DNA of 23,389 nucleotides from a virus. Made by a program: the position numbers and the translations under genes. Shown in pieces: positions 1 through 7,028 of the stretch (position 1 is its first letter; every line of letters begins with the position of its first letter). The notes beneath the pieces are model-generated. The model had not been told where the DNA came from. It ran no database searches and saw nothing but the letters and a program-made list of their open reading frames with translations. The DNA lies in the IMG/VR virus record IMGVR_UViG_3300037307_000339; one strand, 5' to 3'.

Positions 1-106
1 TTCTGAATGGTGTCGTCCTTGAAACGTTCCTGGCATTCCTTTGAACCAAGGAGAAGGTGTCCCTTTCATTCCTTTGTTCCAAGGTGTTGATCCTTTCTTT
101 GCCATC

Positions 107-562
107 CTAATTCATGTCATTGTGAGATTCTGGTAAAAACGTTGGTGGCTCAAAATGCCATGGATTCTGACACGTTCTATAGGATGAGTCTCTCCAGTCA
201 TCCCATTGCCACCACCATAGTCCTATCACCGCAGGAATGGCAGCAGGACCACTGCCCAGTATGACACCCACATTCCAAAGTGCGGCGCTATAACCTATTC
301 CAGTCAATGCCCATAGCCCATTCGTGCAATACGGGTCAGGTAAGAACTTAACAGCTTGTGTCACGCCCAACTTAACCGCGAACATCTCAGGTATCGTTAG
401 GTGTGCCATAAGTGGATTGCCTTCACTGAACCCTTGCTGGAATGCCGCGTAGGTACTCAACACATCAGCACTTTGCCCTCTATCTGCTGTCGCACATCCT
501 GCTACAATTGCGGCGGCTAACAGTGCAGCGACAATCGATTTGTATCTTTTCTGTTGAATCAT
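107..562 (-). CDS. putative lipoprotein / envelope protein (151 aa)
   Basis: ORF track. The N-terminus MIQQKRYKSIVAALLAAAIVAGC has a basic n-region, a hydrophobic core and a lipobox-like VAGC. The C-terminal half is Gly/Trp-rich and hydrophobic. It lies two genes downstream of a cell-wall hydrolase. Confidence 0.55.
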   Translation of the reverse strand: MIQQKRYKSIVAALLAAAIVAGCATADRGQSADVLSTYAAFQQGFSEGNPLMAHLTIPEMFAVKLGVTQAVKFLPDPYCTNGLWALTGIGYSAALWNVGVILGSGPAAIPAVIGLWWWQWDDWRDSSYRTCQNPWHFEPPTFLPESHNDMN

Positions 563-585
563 ATTTCCTCACAAAATGAGTTATG

Positions 586-915
586 TTATTTTGGACCGTG
601 CTTAACTTGCTCTTCAGGTGTACCTGGACGATCTTGGATTTCAGACTTATTAAAACCCGTATAGACAGGTTTGATTGTTGTCACTCTAACCCTCTTTTTA
701 GGGTTGACATGGGTGATAATATGAGCGCCGTTGCCATCGGTATCATGGCTAACGATGGTGTGTCCATTAGACTTTAGTACATTCTTATAGACAATAGCCA
801 TTTCGGTTGGAGTGCGGCGATGGTTTGAGGTGTAATTTGCTTCTGTTAGCATTTCCTCAGGATAATCATATGTTACAGTAGAAGTTTCTACGAGATACTC
901 GTCAAATGTTTTCAT
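586..915 (-). CDS. hypothetical protein (109 aa)
   Basis: ORF track. A GAGGAAA Shine-Dalgarno-like motif lies just upstream of the ATG at 915. Co-oriented with its neighbours. Confidence 0.5.
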   Translation of the reverse strand: MKTFDEYLVETSTVTYDYPEEMLTEANYTSNHRRTPTEMAIVYKNVLKSNGHTIVSHDTDGNGAHIITHVNPKKRVRVTTIKPVYTGFNKSEIQDRPGTPEEQVKHGPK

Positions 916-958
916 TGGTTGTTTCCTCTATGCGGTTGAAGGATTATTGGTTACTTAT

Positions 959-1330
959 TTAACGATTGACATAGAAGATGTGTCCACCAATCTTTGTTGT
1001 AACCCTTTTATTCTTGAAGTTAGTAGTGTTTCGACAATTCCTAGAATGGAAGTATGTTGCTCCACCTGTGATGTCTTTTGAAGAGAGTGCTCTTCGAGCT
1101 ACCTCTTGTGCCACTTTCCAACTTTTATCTTTATCGCTAGGTATCTTAAATTTGTGTCTAGTCCAACTGAACTGTCCTTGTTTGAATACTTCGGTGCAGA
1201 TATCACTATAGTTCTGCTTGACTCGGTTGAGTGTAACATGCGCAACAGCGTATTGACCTTGTAGTGGCTCTCCTCTTGCTTCGTAGTAGATATTGAGCGC
1301 AAGGCAGAATAGGGCAGATTTGATAAGCAT
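959..1330 (-). CDS. SleB-type cell wall hydrolase (probable endolysin)
   Basis: ALNIYYEARGEPLQGQYAVAHVTLNRV followed by GQFSW and GGATYFHS matches the motif pattern of the SleB / Hydrolase_2 family. AAGGAGGAG SD before the ATG. Confidence 0.85.
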   Translation of the reverse strand: MLIKSALFCLALNIYYEARGEPLQGQYAVAHVTLNRVKQNYSDICTEVFKQGQFSWTRHKFKIPSDKDKSWKVAQEVARRALSSKDITGGATYFHSRNCRNTTNFKNKRVTTKIGGHIFYVNR

Positions 1331-1496
1331 GGGCTCCTCCTTTCCATAGGAGCAGCCTATCTTGTTTTGATGTAGTCATCGACCACTCCTATATTTTACT
1401 TTATCCGTTACAGGAGGTTAGAATACGGATTAGAGCAATTTTTAAGATGACACCTCTTTGCTTCAGCGGTAAGCAGTGAGATGAGCTTTATAAAAT

Positions 1497-1570
1497 TGGT
1501 GCCAATCAGAAGAATCGAACTTCTATTTGACATTTATCGGTCGTCTGTTCTACCGTTGAACTAGATTGGC
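1497..1570 (-). tRNA. tRNA-Ile(GAU)-like, non-canonical C33
   Basis: Minus-strand cloverleaf GCCAATC-TA-GTTC-AACGGTA-GAAC-A-GACGA-CCGATAA-ATGTC-AAAT-AGAAG-TTCGATT-CTTCT-GATTGGC-A-CCA. The acceptor is perfect and CCA is encoded. The anticodon loop has C instead of the universal U33, and 31-39 is A.A. Confidence 0.5.
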
Positions 1571-1751
1571 CATGTGTTCCTTAGTAATCTGATGCTTTAA
1601 CAATACGCACAACAAGACAGCATTTTGAGCTATAACTGATTGAGACTTTTGCGCACTCACTCATCATTGAGGTCGGTACTCTCCATAAGGTTCAAAGCGA
1701 GTTGCAAGATGAGACGGTCACGTTGTTTCTTAAATCTTTCAGATTTAGTGC

Positions 1752-1895
1752 TTATCGACCCTGACCCCTATACGGCTTCTTGATGCGTTTGTCATTCTTC
1801 GTCTTGTAGCGAGTATTCTTACTTGCGCCGTCACTTGTCTTCTTTGGAACGGATTCTTTCTTCACATTCGCAACTTGTGTTTTCGCTTTAGCCAT
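1752..1895 (-). CDS. small highly basic protein (47 aa, below the track cutoff)
   Basis: Hand translation: MAKAKTQVANVKKESVPKKTSDGASKNTRYKTKNDKRIKKPYRGQGR, stop TAA. GAGGAGA SD 5 nt upstream of the ATG at 1895. Confidence 0.4.
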   Translation of the reverse strand: MAKAKTQVANVKKESVPKKTSDGASKNTRYKTKNDKRIKKPYRGQGR

Positions 1896-2080
1896 CTCGT
1901 CTCCTCATTCAGGTTGTTAGTCTACAATCTTGCCCACTTTCTCAAGCGCGGAGGAATCGAACCCCTGACATCAACTTAAAATGATTGGGCACGGTGAAGT
2001 ATTTGCTAGGTTTCAGTGACCATCGCTTTCCATTCTCCGTTTACTATCCACACCCAACCGTCGGCATTCTTATTTATTAG

Positions 2081-2153
2081 TGAGATGTACTGGAATCGAA
2101 CCCGCAACCCCAACCCTGTCGAAGTTGCGCTCTACCAAGTAAGCTAACGACTT
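2081..2153 (-). pseudogene. decayed tRNA-Val(GAC)-like sequence
   Basis: The D arm (GCTT-ACTTGGTA-GAGC), anticodon arm (CAACT-TCGACAG-GGTTG) and T loop (TTCGATT) are recognisable. The acceptor strands AAGTCGT / ACATCTC pair at only 4 of 7 positions, and position 33 is C. Confidence 0.35.
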
Positions 2154-2233
2154 AAAACACTACTCGGTAGCACCGAGAAAAGTCGATAATCATCACTCAC
2201 CTGTTGTATAAGCGATGAAAGGAACGGGTATGA

Positions 2234-2286
2234 CGGGGTTTGCTTACGTTGTGACCACCGTATGATACACGATGAGAGGATGTCAA
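2234..2286 (-). promoter_or_regulatory. degenerate copy of the conserved promoter/leader module
   Basis: TTGACA (2286..2281) and the conserved leader GGTCACAACGTAAGCAAACCCC are retained. The TATACT -10 is replaced by a poor hexamer. It faces the tRNA-like region 2153->1497. Confidence 0.35.
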
Positions 2287-2480
2287 GCCTTATTTTGGAA
2301 AATTTTACCTTCAGGTAGGGCGTATGCAAGCTCGCCATCGATTCTCAAGGGAGCATAATACTTATCGACTTTGGGGCTGGTGACATCGATTACAACAGGA
2401 ATCTTATATCCGTTGAACACGATATGGGGAATAAACCCCTCAGATGTCATCGTTCCATTTTTGCACGTGGTCTCACTCAT
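2283..2480 (-). CDS. hypothetical protein (65 aa)
   Basis: ORF track. AGAGG SD-like motif upstream of the ATG at 2480. Confidence 0.5.
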   Translation of the reverse strand: MSETTCKNGTMTSEGFIPHIVFNGYKIPVVIDVTSPKVDKYYAPLRIDGELAYALPEGKIFQNKA

Positions 2481-2599
2481 TGTTATAACCTCTTTATAAA
2501 GTGGTGCCCATAAGCTAAAGGGGAAAAATGCAAAGTAGTCCTTGTGGATTCGATCTACTAGTCAATCCTATCGCCTGCCAAGGACTTCTTTGCGGTTGT

Positions 2600-2719
2600 C
2601 TATTGCGCTAATGCTTCTATAGCCTGCTCAACTGTTTTGAACACAAACTGAACGCCAGCTTGAGTGGCAATGACTTTGTTAGGCAGAATAGTGATAGTAA
2701 AGCCGTTGAAACGGAACAT
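2600..2719 (-). CDS. small protein (39 aa, below the track cutoff)
   Basis: Hand translation: MFRFNGFTITILPNKVIATQAGVQFVFKTVEQAIEALAQ, stop TAG. A perfect AGGAGG lies 5 nt upstream, immediately after the stop of the 2734-3030 gene. Confidence 0.45.
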   Translation of the reverse strand: MFRFNGFTITILPNKVIATQAGVQFVFKTVEQAIEALAQ

Positions 2720-2733
2720 AAGCACCTCCTGGT

Positions 2734-3030
2734 CTACAATGAAGTAAAGAGACCCGTATAAAGTGTGAACATATCTTGCAGTTGCTCGACATAGACTCCC
2801 GTCACCCTAGTTGCAGTCTGCGGAAGCTGTCTGACCATTTTGACAAAATCGATACTATAGGTGTCGTTCTCGTCAAGGGTTACTCGCACCCACCGGATGC
2901 CCTTAGCGTTGCGCGGCAATGTCATTGACAGTGAGGTTGGATCATAGCTAATGTTTTTGGCTCCCGTCATTACAAGGAACCGATTACCACCGAGTTGGGC
3001 TAAGATGGTCGCCGCACACTTAGAAATCAT
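2734..3030 (-). CDS. hypothetical protein (98 aa), weak paralog of 5219-5503
   Basis: ORF track. AGGAGCAAGCAAG precedes the ATG. It is the first gene after the promoter at 3065-3100. Confidence 0.65.
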   Translation of the reverse strand: MISKCAATILAQLGGNRFLVMTGAKNISYDPTSLSMTLPRNAKGIRWVRVTLDENDTYSIDFVKMVRQLPQTATRVTGVYVEQLQDMFTLYTGLFTSL

Positions 3031-3064
3031 CTTGCTTGCTCCTGTTTACTAACTTTGTGACTAT

Positions 3065-3100
3065 AGTATAGCACACTTCGAGTGGATGTCAAGCTTTTTT
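3065..3100 (-). promoter_or_regulatory. strong sigma70-type promoter with A-tract (family member)
   Basis: Minus strand reads AAAAAAAAGC-TTGACA(3092..3087)-16 bp-TATACT(3070..3065), with TGC directly before the -10 (extended -10). The conserved leader ATAGTCACAAAG follows. Confidence 0.7.
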
Positions 3101-3123
3101 TTGAACTGGCCCAAAAAATATTT

Positions 3124-3381
3124 TCACAACGCTGTGACATTCTTGTCCAAAAAATAATATCGGTCGTTGTATTCGTTTTTGAGTACGAACTTTTTTACAA
3201 GTCCCTGCATTGCTTTCGCAAAAGCAATCTCCGTCATCAGTGGAACATTATCTAACCTTTGCTGGTTAATCACTTTGCTGTACAGCCAGTAAAAATTGAA
3301 AGGAAGGTGCGGATCAGGCAACTCTTCCTTGTTTTTTAGATGCTGATATATAGTGTACTCATTGATTGAGAAACTTAGCAT
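3124..3381 (-). CDS. hypothetical protein (85 aa)
   Basis: ORF track only; co-oriented. Confidence 0.45.
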   Translation of the reverse strand: MLSFSINEYTIYQHLKNKEELPDPHLPFNFYWLYSKVINQQRLDNVPLMTEIAFAKAMQGLVKKFVLKNEYNDRYYFLDKNVTAL

Positions 3382-3393
3382 AGCATTAGTCTT

Positions 3394-4548
3394 TTACTCT
3401 GCCGCCCCCTTGAGAGAGGAAATCACAGGAGTGCTTTCAGGCTTAATCCTGTGCCTTAAGAATGTCGTAACCGTACCCGTCATAGGATGCTTGTGTTGGA
3501 ACTCGATAGAATTGTTGCCCGACTTCTTTACAGTGATATTCTGGTGGTCATTAAGGATATGGTCGTGATGAGTCTCTGGGTGCTCTATTGTGACAGAGTT
3601 GTTGTTTCCAGTACCGCCAGTGGTAACCTTGTACATCGGTGTCTTGGTTGGTGTGGCACGTAATAGATTCTTGCGAATATGGTCACTGAGTGCTTTGCTG
3701 TCCATACCTTGCAGTTTTTCATACCACTCGTCTCTGATCTTGCCAATCGCTTTAACGCTTATCTCTTCAGCAGATTTCCTAATCATCTCATTTTTAGGAT
3801 GCTTGATGATTGTATTTTGTTCAGATCGTGTCTTTCCTTTAAGTTCTGAGTGTCTGTTCTCTAACTCTTTGCGGGCATTCTCGTAATGGTCTTCGTGAGT
3901 AGCGTCGTCTCCACTACGTTTGATTCCCAATTGCTCATCCGTTTGTTTGGCACCAGGATTACTGACAGAAACATGACCATGCTTCTTCTGTGCGACTTTC
4001 AACGAATAGCCAACATGCTTGTTATTGCCTGCCTTGTCTTTGTAGCGAACCATGATATCAGCGGGGTTCTCTTGCTGTGACTCTTCGTGACCCGATACTC
4101 TTTTGATGTCACCAGGTTTAGAGGTCCAATGAGTTTGCCCACCCGTCTTAAGATGCTCTCTGTCTACATCGTTCTGACTGGATACATGACGATGAATGGC
4201 TTGTGCTGTTGCAACGGCAAGATTGTGAGCATTGTGATATTCAGGTGAATTGACCCCTCCAATCTTCTCTACAATCTTGTCGTGTTGCTCTTTGGCTGCG
4301 GGAGACATATGGTGACCGTGCTCGCTGTTATGACTCCAAAGCCTATTCAGCTCACGTCCTACGAGATGCTCGTGGATCACGCCTTTATCGTTAGATGAAA
4401 GCCTGCTTTCTTTGTCATCCTCATTTAAAATGAAATTTTTGAATGATATCATTGAATTGTCCTCTACAAAATGGTGGTTTGTTATACTATTTATCCAATC
4501 GTAGACGGACATTCTCTTTGCAAAGTTATGTCTAGACCTATAGTCCAT
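3394..4548 (-). CDS. His-rich hypothetical protein, possible PD-(D/E)xK-like motif (352-384 aa)
   Basis: ORF track. The internal ATG at 4452 (MISFKNF...) has a GAGGA SD 8 nt upstream and is the more likely start. ADIMVRYKDKAGNNKHVGYSLKV resembles a D...(S/E)xK nuclease core. Confidence 0.6.
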   Translation of the reverse strand: MDYRSRHNFAKRMSVYDWINSITNHHFVEDNSMISFKNFILNEDDKESRLSSNDKGVIHEHLVGRELNRLWSHNSEHGHHMSPAAKEQHDKIVEKIGGVNSPEYHNAHNLAVATAQAIHRHVSSQNDVDREHLKTGGQTHWTSKPGDIKRVSGHEESQQENPADIMVRYKDKAGNNKHVGYSLKVAQKKHGHVSVSNPGAKQTDEQLGIKRSGDDATHEDHYENARKELENRHSELKGKTRSEQNTIIKHPKNEMIRKSAEEISVKAIGKIRDEWYEKLQGMDSKALSDHIRKNLLRATPTKTPMYKVTTGGTGNNNSVTIEHPETHHDHILNDHQNITVKKSGNNSIEFQHKHPMTGTVTTFLRHRIKPESTPVISSLKGAAE

Positions 4549-4687
4549 TCCACATTCCCTTCATCACGTTCGAGAAACGCTTTGAAGGTTTAGAGAGGCT
4601 TTTTGATGGATGTCTGACAAATTGATAAGTTGTTACGGGTTTTAAATTGCAGTCAAATGTAGACCTATCGAGCATTCAGACATGTTT

Positions 4688-4763
4688 TGGTGCCGCTAGG
4701 AGGAATCGAACCCCCGACCTTCTCATTACAAGTGAGCTGCTCTACCGTCTGAGCTATGGCGGC
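4688..4763 (-). tRNA. tRNA-Thr(UGU)
   Basis: GCCGCCA-TA-GCTC-AGACGGTA-GAGC-A-GCTCA-CTTGTAA-TGAGA-AGGTC-GGGGG-TTCGATT-CCTCC-TAGCGGC-A-CCA. One acceptor mismatch; CCA is encoded. Confidence 0.9.
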
Positions 4764-4791
4764 AATAATCGGATATAGTATCGCATGAGAT

Positions 4792-4866
4792 TGGCATCCC
4801 AGGAAGGATTTGAACCCTCGTTGCATGGTTTTGGAGACCCGCATCGTACCGCTAGACTACTGAGAT
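4792..4866 (-). tRNA. tRNA-Trp(CCA)
   Basis: ATCTCAG...CTCCAAA loop...GAGGG-TTCAAAT-CCTTC-CTGGGAT-G-CCA. The acceptor and T arm are good. The top two pairs of the anticodon stem are mismatched. Confidence 0.7.
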
Positions 4867-4872
4867 GTTGTT

Positions 4873-4950
4873 TGGCTGAGGGGGTGGGAATCGAACCCAC
4901 CTCTATCCTAATTAACAGTCAGGCGCACTCACCTTGAGTGCTACCCCTCA
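4873..4950 (-). tRNA. tRNA-Asn(GUU)
   Basis: TGAGGGG-TA-GCAC-TCAAGGTGA-GTGC-G-CCTGA-CTGTTAA-TTAGG-ATAGAG-GTGGG-TTCGATT-CCCAC-CCCCTCA-G-CCA. All stems are paired. Confidence 0.9.
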
Positions 4951-4956
4951 ATAAAT

Positions 4957-5032
4957 TGGTCTCCATGGCAGGATTTGAACCTGCGTCCCCGCGCCCCAAA
5001 CGCGGTGCTAAACCAAGCTCAGCTACACAGAG
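4957..5032 (-). tRNA. tRNA-Pro(UGG)
   Basis: CTCTGTG-TA-GCTG-AGCTTGGTT-TAGC-A-CCGCG-TTTGGGG-CGCGG-GGAC-GCAGG-TTCAAAT-CCTGC-CATGGAG-A-CCA. Confidence 0.9.
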
Positions 5033-5040
5033 ATTGATAG

Positions 5041-5114
5041 GGTGCTTCCCTTAATTTCGATCCAAGCTCTGCGGATTTTCAGTCCGCTGCTTTTACCAAA
5101 TTAGCTTAAAAGGC
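5041..5114 (-). tRNA. tRNA-Phe(GAA), weak acceptor and T stem
   Basis: GCCTTTT-AA-GCTA-ATTTGGTA-AAGC-A-GCGGA-CTGAAAA-TCCGC-AGAG-CTTGG-ATCGAAA-TTAA-GGGAAGC-A-CC. The anticodon arm is perfect. The acceptor relies on G.U pairs plus one mismatch. Confidence 0.6.
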
Positions 5115-5124
5115 TCATCGTGGG

Positions 5125-5209
5125 TGGGTGCCCTAGGATTTGAACCTAGAGGGGACTGAGCCTACGGTTTTATAGACCGCCCCTGCTACTGTTACGAGAC
5201 TAGACACCC
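5125..5209 (-). tRNA. class-II-sized tRNA-like gene, Tyr-type with apparent AUA anticodon
   Basis: 85 nt. Acceptor GGGTGTC/GGCACCC with discriminator A, T arm CTAGG-TTCAAAT-CCTAG, anticodon arm GCGGT-CTATAAA-ACCGT, and a 14-nt variable region. The D arm is poor, with no GG in its loop. Confidence 0.45.
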
Positions 5210-5218
5210 AGGGTGTGT

Positions 5219-5503
5219 TTAAGTTAACATCAAAAACTTACCCGTTATGCTGTTCACTTTGGCTTCGAGATCGTTAGCAACAATGATGCTGCTAGGCTCG
5301 ATCTTGTGGTGACGAGTGCGCGTAAACTCTTCGACCTGGAAGTTACCATCGTCTGTAAGTATTATCCGAATCCTCACGATGCCATTTTGGTTTGGTTTCA
5401 TCAGCATTAGCATACTAGATTGTCCGTAAGCGATACTCTTAACGCCTGCCAAAAACTTTTCGCCGAGAAGAACTTTAGTAGTCGCGATTACGGTGTGCTT
5501 CAT
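5219..5503 (-). CDS. hypothetical protein (94 aa from ATG 5503), weak paralog of 2734-3030
   Basis: The track ORF extends to 5548, but the -10 element at 5539-5544 places the transcription start downstream of that codon. The ATG at 5503 has a GAGGAAAG SD. Confidence 0.6.
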   Translation of the reverse strand: MKHTVIATTKVLLGEKFLAGVKSIAYGQSSMLMLMKPNQNGIVRIRIILTDDGNFQVEEFTRTRHHKIEPSSIIVANDLEAKVNSITGKFLMLT

Positions 5504-5538
5504 ATTGCTTTCCTCATTGCTTGTTTTACTGTGCGCAT

Positions 5539-5547
5539 AGTATAACA
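5539..5547 (-). promoter_or_regulatory. extended -10 promoter (TGtTATACT)
   Basis: Minus strand reads TGTTATACTATGCGCAC. It shares the TATACTATGCGCA block with the promoter at 19353-19381. There is no good -35. Confidence 0.45.
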
Positions 5548-5659
5548 CACTTTTTGAAAGTATTTTGGGATCTAGGATGATGTCGCTGCGTCGTTTTTTA
5601 TTTGCAGCCCTTCTGTTGGTTGTAGGTTACGGTTATCCTACTCCACCTTTTCGTAGTGG

Positions 5660-5940
5660 ACGCCAAGTGACTTGCGGCGATGCGAGTGACCTCGTCTCGT
5701 TTGTGTAGCCCGCAGGCTCCGCATCGTCGTCTAGGCTCTGCCGCTAACTTCGTCACTCTCTGTGGAGAGCAAGTCACTCCTTTGAAAACGCTTACGGTAT
5801 AGTCAGGAACAAGTTAGTGTTCGGGTGAACCCTACTAACCTATTATCTCGCCCTCTAGGGTGGTATCAGCACCCTTTAACGTCGGCGTTCAGTCCCGACG
5901 GGTTGCTATCGAGTAGCCACTATCTGTCCGTTAGTGGCAT
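5660..5940 (-). other. ORF-free, helix-dense region (candidate structured RNA; strand assumed from context)
   Basis: Nested complementarity: 5666-5675 with 5769-5778 (10/10), 5676-5684 with 5720-5728 (9 bp including one G.U), and hairpin 5756-5769. Further hairpins at 5857-5875, 5880-5900 and 5916-5938. Confidence 0.3.
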
Positions 5941-6001
5941 TAAACACAGCCACGTTGACTTTCATCTCAACATACAGGATTGCAGCGTTGTAACCTTTAA
6001 G

Positions 6002-6292
6002 TCAGTCGCTAAAGGGGATGCCGTACATATCTTCGAGGTCGTCAGACGTAAGCGGGTGCGGCACGCTAGGGTTAGCTGACCCCATCCCGCCCAAACCGTA
6101 CATAGGATAGTAGTCGTCCTCATCGGGTTCGGGCACTTGAACGGTGACCAAATCTGACTTCTTGAAGATGAATTCTTGTCTAGGCATTAGCGATGTTGCT
6201 CTGATCTCTGAATCCTTTCGCATCACCCTACCACCCCATTCAAAATCCTTTCCTGGCTCTACCTCTCTAAATGGTACTCGTTTTGATGCCAT
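6002..6292 (-). CDS. hypothetical protein (96 aa)
   Basis: ORF track. GAGGA SD 8 nt upstream of the ATG at 6292. Confidence 0.6.
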   Translation of the reverse strand: MASKRVPFREVEPGKDFEWGGRVMRKDSEIRATSLMPRQEFIFKKSDLVTVQVPEPDEDDYYPMYGLGGMGSANPSVPHPLTSDDLEDMYGIPFSD

Positions 6293-6302
6293 GCGTGTGT
6301 CC

Positions 6303-6533
6303 TCAGAATGCTCTACTGCTTGCTTGTGTGACGATACTGCCTATAAGACGATTCTTGAGCATCATAGTCGCTTCAAAAATCTCCTGACCAGTCTGACAAT
6401 AAACAGGACCTTCGGTTGCGTATACAGTTCCGTGGTTGCCAACCACACTAACCGTCACTGCGGTTCTCGGTACGATTTGATTAGACTCCTTGTCCCACAC
6501 TAACGATTTCTCAGCGTTGACTTGAATGCCCAT
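6303..6533 (-). CDS. hypothetical protein (76 aa)
   Basis: ORF track. It starts 5 nt after the stop of the upstream gene. Confidence 0.5.
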   Translation of the reverse strand: MGIQVNAEKSLVWDKESNQIVPRTAVTVSVVGNHGTVYATEGPVYCQTGQEIFEATMMLKNRLIGSIVTQASSRAF

Positions 6534-6538
6534 GATAG

Positions 6539-6808
6539 TTACTCGCTTCTTGTGACATTATGGGTAAGCCCGCAGTGCGGGCAGGTTATAGTCATTTCCT
6601 GATGACTGTATTTTTTGATGATCTTGCGAACTGACTTTGCTTCTTTGAGAAGCTTCTTTATCATTTTTGTATTGCGCTCATGCTTAGGCTGAGACAGCAA
6701 CCTTTTGAGGTTTTTCTTGAGCCTAGTCAGTTTATCGCGTAACGGGGCGATCATCCCCGTTACTTTGATCTCCTCAAGTTCTTCGGCTATGGGAGTCTTA
6801 TCGGTCAT
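6539..6808 (-). CDS. hypothetical basic protein with C-terminal CPHCG (89 aa from ATG 6808)
   Basis: The track ORF runs to 6919 but would overlap the upstream gene by about 120 nt. MTDKTPIAEE starts at 6808 and overlaps the upstream stop by only 11 nt. Confidence 0.5.
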   Translation of the reverse strand: MTDKTPIAEELEEIKVTGMIAPLRDKLTRLKKNLKRLLSQPKHERNTKMIKKLLKEAKSVRKIIKKYSHQEMTITCPHCGLTHNVTRSE

Positions 6809-7028
6809 ATTTTTGGATAACCTGCTGCATGAACCTGATAACATCCGCGCACGAAGTCTTTCCAGCCATATTGGTCTGAACGAAATCGATACACTCTGGA
6901 TATTTAGCCCTACCCTCACGCTTTACAGCCTGCTTGATGACATTAGAGGTCTTGGCGATGAGGTTATATACATCATCATGCTGTGTCATTGGAATCTCCG
7001 ATTGGACGAATGAAGCGTCTTGTTGCAC
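6798..7028 (-). CDS. hypothetical protein (76 aa)
   Basis: ORF track. Its start overlaps the upstream stop. Confidence 0.5.
   Translation of the reverse strand: MQQDASFVQSEIPMTQHDDVYNLIAKTSNVIKQAVKREGRAKYPECIDFVQTNMAGKTSCADVIRFMQQVIQKYDR

Noticed and set aside
1099-1347. Minus-strand ORFs nested out of frame inside larger genes (1099-1347, 10603-10797, 13708-13953, 22679-22861)
   Set aside because: They are fully or largely contained in motif-bearing genes: the SleB hydrolase, neighbouring ORFs, the GT2 synthase and the phosphatase. They have low-complexity or odd composition and no SD.
1324-1352. Hairpin GCTCCT-9 nt-AGGAGC overlapping the SD of the SleB-type hydrolase gene as a translational switch
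   Set aside because: It is a 6-bp stem that arises partly because the SD itself is AGGAGG-like. With no second conserved copy and no comparative support, it could be chance.
1945-2000. Possible complete tRNA around the T-arm-like AGGGG-TTCGATT-CCTCC
   Set aside because: No complementary 5' acceptor strand (CAAGCGC), no D arm and no clean anticodon stem lie within 90 nt. I treat it as a fragment within the decaying island rather than a gene.
2144-2338. 64-aa minus ORF 2144-2338 and 68-aa minus ORF 21252-21458
   Set aside because: The first spans the degenerate promoter/leader and runs into the Val-like tRNA sequence. The second is composed almost entirely of tRNA-Arg and tRNA-Ala sequence.
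2538-2585. Mini tRNA-like fold: 7-bp perfect closing stem (GTCCTTG/CAAGGAC) enclosing a GGATT-13 nt-AATCC hairpin
   Set aside because: At 48 nt it is too short for a tRNA and lacks an anticodon arm. No U-run follows, so it is not a terminator. It may be a small structural or processing element, but the evidence is a single inverted repeat.
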